Part shown: one piece after another, positions 51,490-64,000 of the stretch | Layout of the letters: every line of letters starts with the position of its first letter | Position numbering within the stretch: position 1 is the first letter of the stretch | NCBI RefSeq assembly: GCF_018977255.1 | Contig: NW_024704746.1 | Location: 21,638,001 to 21,702,000, forward strand | From: Callorhinchus milii | Lineage: Eukaryota | Length of the DNA stretch: 64,000 nt | Direction of reading: 5' to 3' | The notes under the pieces: generated by a model | What the model was told of the DNA's origin: nothing | Database searches by the model: none | What the model saw: the letters and a program-made list of their open reading frames with translations, nothing else | Translations under genes and position numbers: made by a program

Positions 51490-54400
51490 GTTTTTTTCCC
51501 CCCAAAAAAGTCCGCGTTTGTTGTACCTCTCTCATCGCGTATAGGAAGGTGGGAAATCCAAGGAGAAGATCGCGAACCGGAGCGTAAATCCGTTGGTGGG
51601 GGAAAAAAAAATCAGCGATTTCTGCTTCACGTAAGACGTCAACTTAACAATAATAACTTCACCGGTCAATAGGGGCCGAACAGTACCCGAACACTGTGGC
51701 TCTTTAAAAGGCTTCAATTCGAGACGGTCGTTCAATCCTATCCACTGCCCTCTCTTGTCGGAGATGTGTTGCTGTTTTATTTCGTAGTGTGTGTGTTCCG
51801 CTTCGCGAAGCTTAACGCGTCGCGACGGATATTTTGGGGTATGTCTTTGCAAAGGATACGTGGCGCAGAAATTAATTTCTCCAAATGAAATGATCATTGG
51901 CGCAATGGAATCGCACAAGTTTAAATACCTGCTGCTGTCTCTCTCCTCTCCCCCCCCCCCCCCCTCTCCCCCCCACCCCCGTTGCTACCCATTTCTGACG
52001 CCGAAGTAAGAATAAATTCAAAAATATTTCGTTTAGATTCCCCATGAAAATACAAAATTGCCTTTTGCGAATGCTTTAGATTAGATATTCCACATCGTAC
52101 GTTTTAAACACATTTTTTTTGACACACACACACACACACAGACACACGCGCAGCAGTTGTGTTGTGCAGGAAACATGCTGCCCCCCCCCCCCCCCCCCCC
52201 CCCATTCAATTTGCGCCCTGAAGTGGTGTAGGTTTGACATTTGTTAAAAGAGACGGAGGCAGGTGATCTTTCTGGATATTAACCACTCCTTGGAATGATT
52301 CATTGGAAAACGCTGACTGACGCTGTTGAAGCAGTAATCGTTGGTTTCGAATCGCCTCAGAGTTTGGTAGTTCGACTCTGCAGTAACAATTGGGCTGTGT
52401 GGCAATACCCATTTTCATAAAACATTGCTGCTGTGAAACCAACGAAGCTTTGAAGCCCTCCCTGCGAAGCAGCTATAGCTGGTGGGACGAGCAAGGCTGT
52501 GGCCAGGAAAGGTTAAAGCAATGTGAAATTCAGGTTGGGAGACTCTAATTTGGGATAGTTTAAAGTATAATTGGGTCAGAGTACAGCTTCAAAGTGTTTT
52601 TCTTTTAATGTTTTGCATTTGGAGCTCTGTGGAATGAATAAATCTGAAGGTTTGTTACACCCCGAGGGCAGGATGCCTCCCCTTCAACAAGCTGGTCTTG
52701 TTGACTGACTAATGCCAGATCTCATTCGCCATATGGTATATCTATTTCAGATTTGACCCTGGATCTTGCCCCAGTTGACATTAGGTGCTTATGTTCTGTT
52801 CTAATCTCCTTTTTATTCAGTTAGTTGATGGATTTTGAACATGTGTATAATCCAATCGCAACCGTTAGATTTGTAATTAGCAAACAAGTAACCTGATTTT
52901 AGATGACCATATTATGTCAAAGACCTTTTACCCTGTAGAGCAATGCTGTTTGTGCCAACCATAATTTCATTGAATTCACAAATTTAGAATGGCCTGTTTC
53001 TATGTGTATGTTATTCTAGGATTTGTATCTGTAAAAGAGTTTTGAGAGAAGAATGGTTTAGGCATACTCGTTCCTCTTCCAATAATTTAATTTCTTTCTC
53101 TACTGAATGTGCTGACTCATGTTGCTATGTGGATTTATTCGAGCTAAAGGCTCTCTGATATCTCACCGTAGTGGCTTTGTGTTCTATGTCTAGCCAGGAA
53201 GAGTTAGCAGATGATACACATTTGGAGGCATCACCACAGAGTTTCATCCTGTTCTTGACAGACAACCATAGCTTTTGATCAAGCAAGGGTGCTTCAGTCT
53301 TGAAGAGAGACATCTCAGAGGGGACATTATAGAAATATATTTTCAATGAAATTGAAAAAGTAAACTCAGAAGAATATGTTTTCTTGCACTCAAGACAGCC
53401 AAAGAAGATGACACAGATTTAGGGATACAGATGGCAATTTCTAAACAGACAGGAAGAATATTTCTTTATCTTGAGGATAATTAACAGCTGGAACAGGTTA
53501 CCAGGAAGGTTTATTAAAGGCCTCAAGCCTGGACTTTTTTTTAAAAAAAGCTTAATGCTGTGATGGAGCAATTTGTTGATGTTGTTGGGTATGCTGGTAG
53601 GATGAAATCAAATAGGCCAAAGGGTTTTCTTCATCCAAGCCAGTTTTGTAATGCACTTTAAAGCTAAAGTCAATGGATAGCCTTAGCAGTAGAGATTCTG
53701 AGGGTTTGTTTAGTTGTCTGAATTTTTTTCTTTTTGTTCTGAGAGTAATTTTGGTGGTGTTACGATTGTGTCTCCAATTAAATCTAGCACTTCAGCACAG
53801 ACCAGGGATCTTGAGCTCAGTATCACATCTAGTATCTGGTCCAACAACTTATGTGAACTTGTGCATTTTATTTGTAGAATTGTGTTCTAATGTAAGGGAT
53901 CCTGCTGTAGTCTGTGCCTAATGTACAGCCCTATAATTATTTGGTGAGCTATTTGGAATAAACGATGAATTCATATTTACTCCCTTCCAATTGTTCTCAC
54001 CAGAAGCTTGGTGCTGTGTTCCATTAACTGATGTTAATTTTTAATGGTAAAAAGCTGATAGTACGATCCATGATTTAGATTGTCCGACAGCTTTTTAAAG
54101 ACCATTTTTGAGCGGAGGTCAAATCCATTTACTCCGCCTGCATTTTATACTGCAGCGATGCAAATTGATATCCTGGCAAAACCACCTCTTCAAAGTGGTC
54201 TCAGCAGCTGAGCTCCAGCCGGAATTGTTTTGCAATGACATGTCTCAAACCAGATTTAAATCGGATTGTTTTTTTTCCAATGAATCGCTATCGAAAACAG
54301 AATATAACCCAATCATAAGTAGCACAAATACTGTTGTAATGGATTTGCTACATTACTGAAAATTAGTTTAAACTGTCCAATAATGTGTACTGGAATAGAT

Positions 54401-57400
54401 AGCATCAGACTGAAGAATATAATAGCACTGTGGAATCCCAATTTCTTTATTATATAAACTAATAATATTATAAACCCTCTTGTTACTTTTCTGTTGACTA
54501 TAGCACAGCATTTGATACTCTGGGACAGTGGAGGAAAGATTGATTTTAAATCTTTAATTCTTTCCTCAAAGTTAAATAGCCTATTTTTATCTACATTGGT
54601 AATGGTGCACAGTGTTTTAAAGATCTGAATTATGTTGCCTTATTGCTTTCCCCATCCCCATTCATTGTTTCTCCTACGAAGAAAGGTTAACTCTGCCAGT
54701 TTCCCTGATAAATTATTAGTTGAAATTTCTGGATTTACCATTTCACTGATGCCTGCTCCAACTTGCCCTTTGAAAATTGAATGTCCAAAACAGCACATAG
54801 TGTTGGCCACCTTTGGCCTACTGAGTTAATATAATTTATTTTGATTTTCAGTTAAATGCCCTTGAAGTAACCAAGTATTTGATTTGCTTTGTTCATAATG
54901 GCTTTAGATTGACTAGAAGCTGATCAATAATTGCACGCAAATCATTTCCCTTCTGCACCTTTGCTAATGGATACTCTATATACCTTCTGTTTCCTATTCC
55001 AATATGCATTAGCTTGCATTTATTTACTTTGAAATCCATATGCTTAATTTGTTAATTTTTTTTTGAAGGGTCTTTATTTGCTTTTGCCGAAATAGCTTGG
55101 TGTCAACCTGGGTCAGTTGACGGCTCTCATCTGAGTTGGAAGACATTGGGTTCAAGTCCCACGTTGGGACTTTGAATTCACTGTTTAAACTGACATGCCA
55201 GTGCTTTGGGAATGCTGCATTCTTGAAGGTGCTGTTCTTTCAATGAACCAAGTCCCACCTGCCTGTTCAGATGGAATTTAAAGCTTCCATGGCAGTATAG
55301 CATGAGATACCAACTTAAATTTCAGGTAACCTGGAGACGATCATTCTACTGAAAGGCACAAAATAACTAAGTTGTTTCCGTTACATATGGCCAAAATGCC
55401 ATATAGAGCTAAATTATTTTCACAAGCGTTGCCTTATTTAAAAAACGTGCATGAGTACACGAATACTGAGCTGGTACCTTTCCTACGGTTGGGGAGCTCT
55501 GTATCAGCTATAAACTGTTAGTATAGAGCCATTCTGGAACCTTCCGTGCTCATCTTAATAATGTATATTGCTGGAGTACCCTGGCAGTTAGAAGAAGCAG
55601 GTTCTAACTCTTCACATCAGCGGTGGGTGTGAGTTTTACTTTGCAGTCCTATAATCCGTCCTTTGGTAACATTACTTTAAAGGAAGTATTTTTTCGTACC
55701 TCCAGTTGTGCACTTTCAAAGTGATGGTCATATGCCGATGAAGGCATTACGACATTGTTAATGATGGTGAGCTCTTCCCATCTATTTACACAACACTAAA
55801 ATTCCAATTCTAACCTTAATTAGCACCATCTTAAGTGTTGTTGAGGAGTGGAATTGGTTAGATGTTCAGCATCTTCACTCTTCACTGGAATGCTTGTATG
55901 AGATTCTGCTTGAATTGCAGGCAATTTGGAAAACAGGTTGGTCTGAAAAGATTAGATTTCCCTCCCCAGATATTAAATTGACATTGTTTTTCAAAGATTG
56001 TGACTTGATGATATGGGCGTTCTTGGTCTCGACACCATACATAGCAAGAACTTAACTTTAGTGATTCTATATTGAATGAAGAACACTGGATCTCATTTCA
56101 TACTGACCTTTTAGACATAGACCAACATTCTTCTCTTTTGTTCCTGTGATGATTCCTAATTCAGCAAAAAAGGCCAGATGGCTGGCTCTCGCTCAAATTA
56201 AGTTTTGTGTTCTGTTTCACCAGGCTGCTTTGATGCAACTTTTCTTATATACTCTTGATGTAGAGGCATATATGAAACTTTTTTTTGAAAATGTTTGGGA
56301 CCTAATCTGATTTTATATCTAGTTGGTATTGCCAGTATTTTATGTAATGTATGTTCTGTGAACACAGGTGGAGTAACGTCACATTTTGGAAAATGTGCTG
56401 TTCATAAGAAATTTGATGAAGAAGTCCCATCTTCTTAAAGTTTGAAGCGCTTTGGGACGTCCTTCCGACATGAAAAGCGCTATATCAAATGCAAGGATTA
56501 TTATTATTATTATCTTTGGCCCTGTACTATGTATTTTTCTTTTACTGTTCTCGTTTGCACAGTCTCAAATTTATTGGCGCTATGAAAATCTTTTTCAAAA
56601 TAGATCTTTTTGCTGATTAATGACTGAAAGTAGTTTGCAGATGAGAAATGTCAGGTGTATAGTGTTGCGTTACATGTAATTTGAATTGTCTTCCACAAAG
56701 TATTTTAAACTATTATAACAGTGAGTAATTTCTTTTCAGCATTTGGATAACCTGCTCTAAGCATTTTTGTAACCTAACATGGTTGGTACTGATAGCATAG
56801 TTCACTGCGTGATGCCCAAATGTTCATTGAAACTATTTGCACGTAGAACCCTGTACACATTAAGATGATATCTTCATTCTTTTGAACCTTTCAGTGTCTG
56901 AGTTACTGGTGGGTTATTTATAGCTGTTTCTAAATACAGCGTGGGTGAGTTCCAGCATGTTCAGTTGTAAAATTGTGTAACTGCACTGATAGGTTTGATT
57001 GTAACAGTTTCATAGTTTACTTCATAGAAAATTAATGTATCCTTTGGTGCAACATGAAGTCAGGCAATATTTTCTGGGTGAAGGGATAAATATTAGGGAA
57101 GGGAATTACGAGGTGGCACCAGTGGGCTAAAACACATGAGCAAAGAGATGATGGGTAATAGCAATTTATATTAAACTCGCTATGATTTATTATGATAATT
57201 AGCTAGAGAATCACTTACTGAATTATTAGAGATTGTCTGAGGGCTAGTGCCAGAGGGTACAGACAGCTAAAAGGTAATACATTCAAAATATCAGTTTTGG
57301 GCCATTTGATCTCTCTGTATGGATGTCAGTGCCATTAGTTTTAAATTAATCTAATTTCCTGGCCACAATGCTATTGGTAACCAATGACAAATGCTGCTTT

Positions 57401-60400
57401 CCCTTTGAGTAAGGGAATATTTACTTTCCTGGACCTGTTCTTCACAGCCCTGAACCTGTGACCTATTTTTACAGGAATACTGTCTCGATTCCATTTAAGC
57501 ATGTTGTGCATCGCCATAAGATTCTCCTGAGACTTTTCTCTTTCGAGGCTGAAAAGCTTTGCATTGTCTTGTTTCTCGTAGCTCGTGGCTCTTAACCCTG
57601 GATTTCGGACATGTTTGTTCATCCTTACACTGACTTTAGGCCCTGAATGGCCCTTTCTGTGGTGATATGGCAATAGTCAAGGTGTAGTTTGATTAAACTG
57701 CTGTACAATTTCATCATGACTTCTGGGAATTTGCACTGAATTTGCACTTTGGTAATGTTAACTCGCTTCCTACTTGCTTTGATTGCTACCTCACTTTTTG
57801 GGGTATGGTTAGTAAACAAGTTGCATATGAACCCTAGGCCTCTTTCAGTTTCTCCCTTGAAGTTCTAACCCATCAAGGCAGTAAATGTGGTACGAATCTT
57901 TATTTTTCATTATGCAGCAAGGTGCCATTAACCATATTATAATAATCCCTACATTATTATAATCGTAAAGTATCTTAATGTCAGGAGGACGTCTCAAAGC
58001 GCTTCACAATGTCATATATTGAACTTTGTTGGCGAATGATCAGCCCAGTTGCAAGTGGGTATCTTGGTTGCTTGCTCTGATGCCTTGGCATCCAGTTCTC
58101 AGGCCTCTGCCAATGTTGCTGGCTCTATGCAAGTGTGATAGTGATGACTTACCACCCAAGTCTTTTTCATTCTTTCACTTGTATTGTCACCCAAGTCTTT
58201 TTCTTTCTTTATATAATTTCTAATGCTGACTGGCAACATCTTAGTCCCATGTTTGCACGTCACGAAACCTGTATGAAGACATTCTTGAAAGATGAGATGT
58301 CACAATAAAAGGGATGTTAAAGGTTGCACTGTAGCAGATGCACCACAAACGTGCCGTTGTGGCCAGCATGGGTAGGTCTTCTGCTGATTCAGGAAGAGCA
58401 TGTTTTAGCAAGAAAACTTATTCTAGACTTCTAATTAAAGTACCTATTTCTAAAATTTACTTAGAACAAGCATTGGGTTTCAGCATGGCCCAGTTAGAGG
58501 CAAGAATGCTACCAAGTCAGAAGGCTGTGGGTTCACGACCTGTGTTGGGACATTGAACTCTCAGTCTAGGCTGACACTCCAATGCAGTGGTGGGGGGTGT
58601 TCTGCATAGCGAGAGGTGCTGTTGTTCAGATTGTTGTTAAACCAAGTTTTGTCTCCTGTTCTGGTAGAAATTAAAGACCTCATGGAACAATACACCCAGA
58701 GAAGGGAGTTTATCCTGGTGTTGTGGCCAACAATCTCCCAGATAAAATTGATCGTTTCACTTTATGGCTACTCGTGGGACATTGCTGTGTACAAATGGGT
58801 TGCAGTATTGACAGACAAAATAGTGTTTTACTTGACCTCTTGGAGTCGTCCTCCTGATGTGAAAGGTGTTATATCTGATACAAGGATTATTATTTTTTTT
58901 AACGAGGAGAAATGTTGTGAATATGCTATGTTAAACTGCATGATCACCAAAAGCTACTGACTCTCTTCAGATTTTCAATTCTTATTTCATTCACAAACAG
59001 ACAATCTTTCAGATTGTTCCTAGAGAGAACATTCTTCTGAGCTTGTGTTTTTATCAGTCTCTTTGGTTGACTTTTATTGATCAGTCGTGTTTATTGTGAA
59101 CATTTCCATGTTCAGTCTATTCTTGTGAAAGAATATTAATCTGCACCTGTCATTTCCAGGGCACAGTATGTGTTTGCTGAAGCACATTCTTGCCTTCAGT
59201 CACTGCAGCAAAATGGAAACTGTCATGTAGCACAGCCAGGCAACGTGTTTAGTCTTGGATCGAATGGTAGATGCAGAGATGTGAAGCTAATATTTTTTTT
59301 GCCAAATCATACTGACTTTATTCATTTCACTACCAAACGTGACTGTGGGACTGTGCACAATTTTGCTACTGTGTTTGCCTATAAGTACAGTTGCTCCATT
59401 TCACAGTAAATGCTATGAAGTGCTTTGAGACGTCTTTCCGACGTGATATGGTGCAATAGCAAATGCAAGCATTATTATTTATTAAATTCAGCTAAGGTGC
59501 CATCTGCCTGTTCAGGTATTATAGAATACCATGACACTACTCAAAAAGAGCAGAGAGCTTCTCCCAGCAACTTTGCCAGTAATTCTCCAGAGGCCTCAAC
59601 CACCCTTCCTGAGAACCTGCTCTGACTGTCTAAATTGTAACTCCAGCAGAACTGCTGGGTAAGGTTAGGTTGTGTTGAGCTGTTTGAATTTTATTTCTGT
59701 CTATTGTTGAAGCCTTAAGGACACTGTAGCATTATTGTTTAATTTGTTGTGTATTATGGAGATTAGATGAACTCGACACTAAACAATAATTAATTTTAAA
59801 TACTGTAAAGACAGCCTAGGAGGCATTTCCTATAAATCCATTATGACCTCATTTGAGTACAGTTTTTTTTATCATAGAATCATAGAATTGTACAGAACAA
59901 AAAGAGGCCATTCGGCCCACCGAGTTTGTGCCGGCTCTTTGAATAGAGCAAATAATGTCAATCCTACTCCCCAGCCCTTTCCCCATAACTCTGCAAACCC
60001 GTTTTTTTCAAATACCCGTCCATTGGGTTTTTAAAAGTAGTTATCGAATCGGCCTCGACCACCCTTTCAGGCAATGCGTTCCAGTCAAATCAAATTATTA
60101 TCAAATTATGAAGCCTTTTGTTTTAACAGCCCATTTGGAAGCATCAACTCACAGATGCTGCATGGCTCAGGTGCTTGTGAGTTATTTTATGTTTTTATTT
60201 TTAAATGAAAAGGAACACTTCAAATTTTTTTATCATTTAGATTCAAAAAGACAGATTAATTTTGATGGTGAAATTTTAAGTCTGAACTATTCAATCTCCC
60301 CTTAAATCTTAATTCAAATCAATTTATTTGACTTGCCATTTCTCTTAGTTCCATTTTGGGGTTTCCAGCATTTGCCTTTTTTGTCTCAACTGTTTTTTTT

Positions 60401-61934
60401 CATCTGAGTGAAGGAAGTTTATATTGCATTGGTCACTGGGAGCACTTTTTCATTATTCAAATATTTTTAAAGCAGAAAATGAGCATTGCAACATTTGTAG
60501 AGATACCAATTCTGCGCCAGACTTTACCATCTTAACAGTACATGCACATAATTATCCTTGAATTGGATGCACTATGTAGTTAATGAGACTTGTGGCTGCT
60601 AATCTTGTGGCTGCTGGAGTGGTAGCTTTGATTGAACAACTAAATTTTTAATAATTTAGGTGATTGCAGTCCTGCTAATGGAGGCCTTTTTTCAATGATT
60701 CTTTTGGCATCGGAAGCTGATGAAGGAGAAACTAATCATGGAAAATTTAAAAGAGTTAGAAGAGCCAAGTCTGAATGTAGTGGAATGAAACCATAAATGG
60801 AGCTTGTATGGACACCTAATAACCAAATCAAATTGCCTGATTGAATTGATCACTAAATATTAGGGTCAGCAGGACAAGTCTTCTAAGATTTAAAATCTGA
60901 TACTGTTGGCTACACAGTGTTTCAAAAGGAACACTGTTTTAAGATTGATACCAGTGTGTCATTGCGTAATTACCATCTCTTCAGAAGTCTTTAAATATTA
61001 GCTTCATTTGAAATTGGATAAGCATGTCGTGCCCTTTTATTGTGTGGAATCTCCACTGAATCTTGGTTTATACAGATTGTAGACATTATGAGTGGAGAAA
61101 TCTAGCTAAACAAAATGTCACATTTATCTTCTGTTATTATAAACTGCTGCTACAGTTAAAGGCATTGTTTTTCATTTTTCTTCCCCTCTTGTTTCTACAG
61201 GCATTGCACCAGTTGTACTATGATCCAAATATTGATAACAAAAACTTGGCACAGAAATGGTTGATGCAGGCACAAGTCTCCCCTCAAGCTTGGCATTTCA
61301 GCTGGGCATTGCTCAGCCCTGACAAAGTGCCTGAAATCCAGTACTTTGGAGCCAGTGCCCTTCATATCAAAATCTCCCGTTACTGGAATGACATCCCATC
61401 AGATCAGTATGAGACTCTGAAATCTCAGCTTTTCAACCAGATTGCACGTTTCGCTTCTGGATCCAAGATCGTGCTGACCAGACTGTGTGTGGCGTTGGCA
61501 TCGCTGGCGCTTAACATGATGCCAGAGAGATGGCCAAATGCGGTGGGTGACATGGTGAAGATGTTCCAGACTGAAAGTTCGGATGTGGATGGGAAAGCTA
61601 GATGTATGGCTTTGCTGGAGCTGCTAACTGTCCTCCCCGAGGAGTTCCAAACCAGCCGTCTGCCACAATGTAGGAAAGGCCAAGTGCGAAATGCCTTAGC
61701 ACAAGAGTCTGGTGCAGTCTTCCCTCTTCTACAGCAACTCTTACAGCCAGATTCCCCTGTGTTCATCAGTCAAAAGGCTCTCAAGTGTTTCTCAAGCTGG
61801 GTGCAACTGGATGTTCCCCTCTTGGATTGTGAGTGCTTGATGCAGGCCTCCTTCACATCTCTACGGAATGCTGAGCTTTTTGACACAGCAGTTGAAGCGC
61901 TTGTTAATGCCATCTCCCAACCTGATGCACAAAG
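51384..61934 (+). CDS. IPO13: Importin-13, first two coding exons (gene continues beyond the window)
   Basis: Exon 51384-51446 (MDRQRGEGEDSLDYSVENVEK|gtaaaa) and exon 61201-61934 (ALHQLYYDPNIDNKNLAQKWLMQAQVSPQAWHFSW...LLTVLPEEFQTSRLPQ...NAISQPDAQ, AG|gtaagg). Importin-beta N-terminal region. Confidence 0.96.
53190..53660 (+). mobile_element. Decayed CR1-like LINE 3' end
   Basis: cttcagtcttgaagagagacatctcagaggggac...tggaacaggttacca...aaataggccaaagggttttcttcatcc, resembling CR1 3' ends. Confidence 0.55.
57340..57900 (-). mobile_element. Decayed CR1-like LINE fragment
   Basis: Minus-strand remnants MKLYSSLIKLHLDYC and LFSLEREK, resembling CR1 ORF2 (LY.SLVRPHLEYC / LFSLE.RR). Confidence 0.6.
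59872..60085 (-). mobile_element. CR1-like LINE 3' tail
   Basis: atcatagaatcatagaattgtacagaacaaaaagaggccattcggcccaccgag, i.e. a (TTCTATGA)n tail on the minus strand. Confidence 0.7.
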
Positions 61935-63144
61935 GTAAGGAATTTGTGAAGTCAGGTCCTGTACGCTATAACTTATCAAATGTTAGAGATTACCAGACCA
62001 GTATGAGCACTGTACAAAAGCTGGAACCTTAATATATTTTTTAACAGTATGATAATGGCTATTCTTGAAAGAGGTAAGCAGGAATCTTTTTGGAGCTAAA
62101 CTGGCTCCCAAGGTGATGTGCTTGGCAATGGAATGTTGGAATCGAGTCAATCCTCGGTGGCAGATCTGGTAGCCAGTATTCCTGGCACTGCTGATGTCAC
62201 ACCAGCTATCCTTGTTCATCGGCAAAACTTGGAGGGGATGAGCTGGGATTCTTCCCGCTGAGCTCCTGTTAACCTCACAAGCCAAAGCCCTAACTTGTAG
62301 GATGGTTTTAGCTGGACAAGTAGTGAGAAACCTGCCAAACAGTGCTCTCAATGGCAGACTATGTGGTTTTAGTACAGTACCCCAAACATACTCTGGGTGC
62401 TCTGAGCCTTAGTTCTTGCCAACCTGTGCCAAATACTATCCAGAATTAGGTAAGCATGATGTTTCCTGCCAGGTAGAGTGTGCGTTCCATTCCAAACGAG
62501 AGGAAATTTCCATGTGTAAATGATATATGGTTGTGGGTTTCCACATGTCAGATACCTAGACGAATAAAACAAAATTCCAATGACCCATTTGTATCAAGAT
62601 ATTGAGTGAGCTTTTGAATGGTATGAATTCCCCCTAGATTTTTTTTTCCACATTACCTGTTCCTGCTTCCTTTTTGTGAAGAATGCAGCCTTGCCACTAA
62701 ATCTCCTGTATCTGAAAAAGAATAAAAGCTTTTAAATGTAATTAAGACACTCTGTCAGTGGAGCAAATGAACTAAAGGGGCAGTCTTCCATTGATCTGCA
62801 CTTAATTGCTCCTTATAGAGGAAACACTAATCGATTTGAGTTTTCACTAGAGGTGAGTATTAGTTACAAATGTGGTCTTATTTTCAATTATATGTAAGTA
62901 AAGTGGAACTTTGGAGTTCCCTCTAAACTCTTTGAGTTCACTACTTTTACAAGAACGTTATTTTGAATGTGTATTTTTTCTTTTATAAAATATGTCCATT
63001 CAATCTTGATTTTTCTCGAGGTAGGCACGCAGAACAAAAAACCCTCAGTTTTGTTGACACTGAGTTAAAGAAAGTTGAGACTAATCTGGCATTTAATGTC
63101 AACCCAGTGTCCCTGGAGTTGATGCTGCAGACAGTAATAATAAC

Positions 63145-63790
63145 AAATGTATTGTTATATATTGGCCTTTTACGTCGGGAGGACGACTCAAGGTGATGCA
63201 CAATCAAGGGTTTGCACCTGAGCTGGAGGTTGGAGTCAAGTGGGGTGGAGGGCAAAGAGGGTGGAGATAGGCTGATGACCAAAGGTACTGTCAAAGACAG
63301 GTGGAAGCCGGTGTTCTCCAGGCATAAAGAAGTAGACCCATACTTGCGGAAGACGTAGATTAGTTAAAGGAGAGGACTGAGGAACACTGTAAGTGCTATC
63401 TGGGGCAGGAGGAGAAGCTCTCAGAGGAGAAGTCTTGAAGATGCTGGGACAGGGAGGAATGAAACCAGGAAAGTGCAGAACCAGGGAGGTGAGATCATGG
63501 AGAAGAAATAAGTGGTCAACAGGATCAAATTTGGTAAAGATCGAGTAGAACAAAGACGCACAGGGAACCTGGTCACAGACAGATAGGATGTTAGTGACTT
63601 TCGGGGTTATCTCTTGGTGCTGCAAGGGGGAATAAATCAAGATTGGAGGGACTTGGGCAGGGAGTGGTGGGAGAGGAATGAGTGAAGCTGGGAGGTGGTG
63701 ATGAGTTTCAGCATCTTGGACAGGAACAGCAGGTTGAATAAGGGGTGAAAATTGGAGATATTCAGGGTGGGTATTTAGAAAAAGGAAGTA
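63145..63790 (-). mobile_element. Decayed L2-like LINE fragments
   Basis: Tail ccttttacgtcgggaggacg at ~63170 and RT-region remnants (KVTNIL..CDQ, FDPVDHLFLLH) similar to 30030-30300. Confidence 0.7.
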
Positions 63791-64000
63791 ATGACAGAGG
63801 ATTGAAATAGGCTAAACTGGTGAGTTCAAACTGGGTCTGTATAATGTACACGGATTATTATTACCATTAGGCTTGAATAAGTGTGGTAGATCACAAATTG
63901 TGATCGAAGAATGGCATTTCTGTATATCATCCATTCATAGAATTGTGAGCAATATTATTCTGGTGAAGGCATTTGATATTAAAAGTTCAGTAATGGGAAT

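Noticed and set aside
52206-54360. Possible cryptic exons or conserved non-coding elements in IPO13 intron 1 (~52210-52511, ~54090-54300)
   Set aside because: Non-repetitive-looking sequence with donor-like or octamer motifs, but nothing supportable without conservation or expression data.

Overview
Vertebrate genomic DNA, most likely a cartilaginous fish; the compact introns and tRNA-headed Deu-type SINE/L2 repeats suggest a chimaera (inference). Spliced genes reconstructed by hand with phase-consistent exons: COA7 (-), ZYG11B-like (+), ECHDC2 (-), TMEM53 (-), ARMH1/C1orf228 (+, with a U12-type minor intron) and the first two exons of IPO13 (+). COA7/ZYG11 and TMEM53/ARMH1 are head-to-head pairs sharing CpG-island promoters. 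The main surprise is an old tandem duplication of [TMEM53 exons 2-3 + ECHDC2 exon 1]. It places a second ECHDC2 first exon, encoding a mitochondrial-presequence-like peptide, directly upstream of and in phase with a second intact set of TMEM53 exons 2-3. This predicts a 333-aa ECHDC2::TMEM53 chimeric hydrolase. The two copies carry different TE insertions yet share near-identical blocks, suggesting gene conversion. Other points: a 43-bp CCAAT-box minisatellite in the COA7/ZYG11 promoter, a strong uORF before ZYG11, a Penelope-type foldback element with a hammerhead-like core, and a strongly AT-to-GC-shifted SINE in a CpG island. Gene identities rest on recalled similarity to known vertebrate proteins; no database search was run, and repeat boundaries are approximate.
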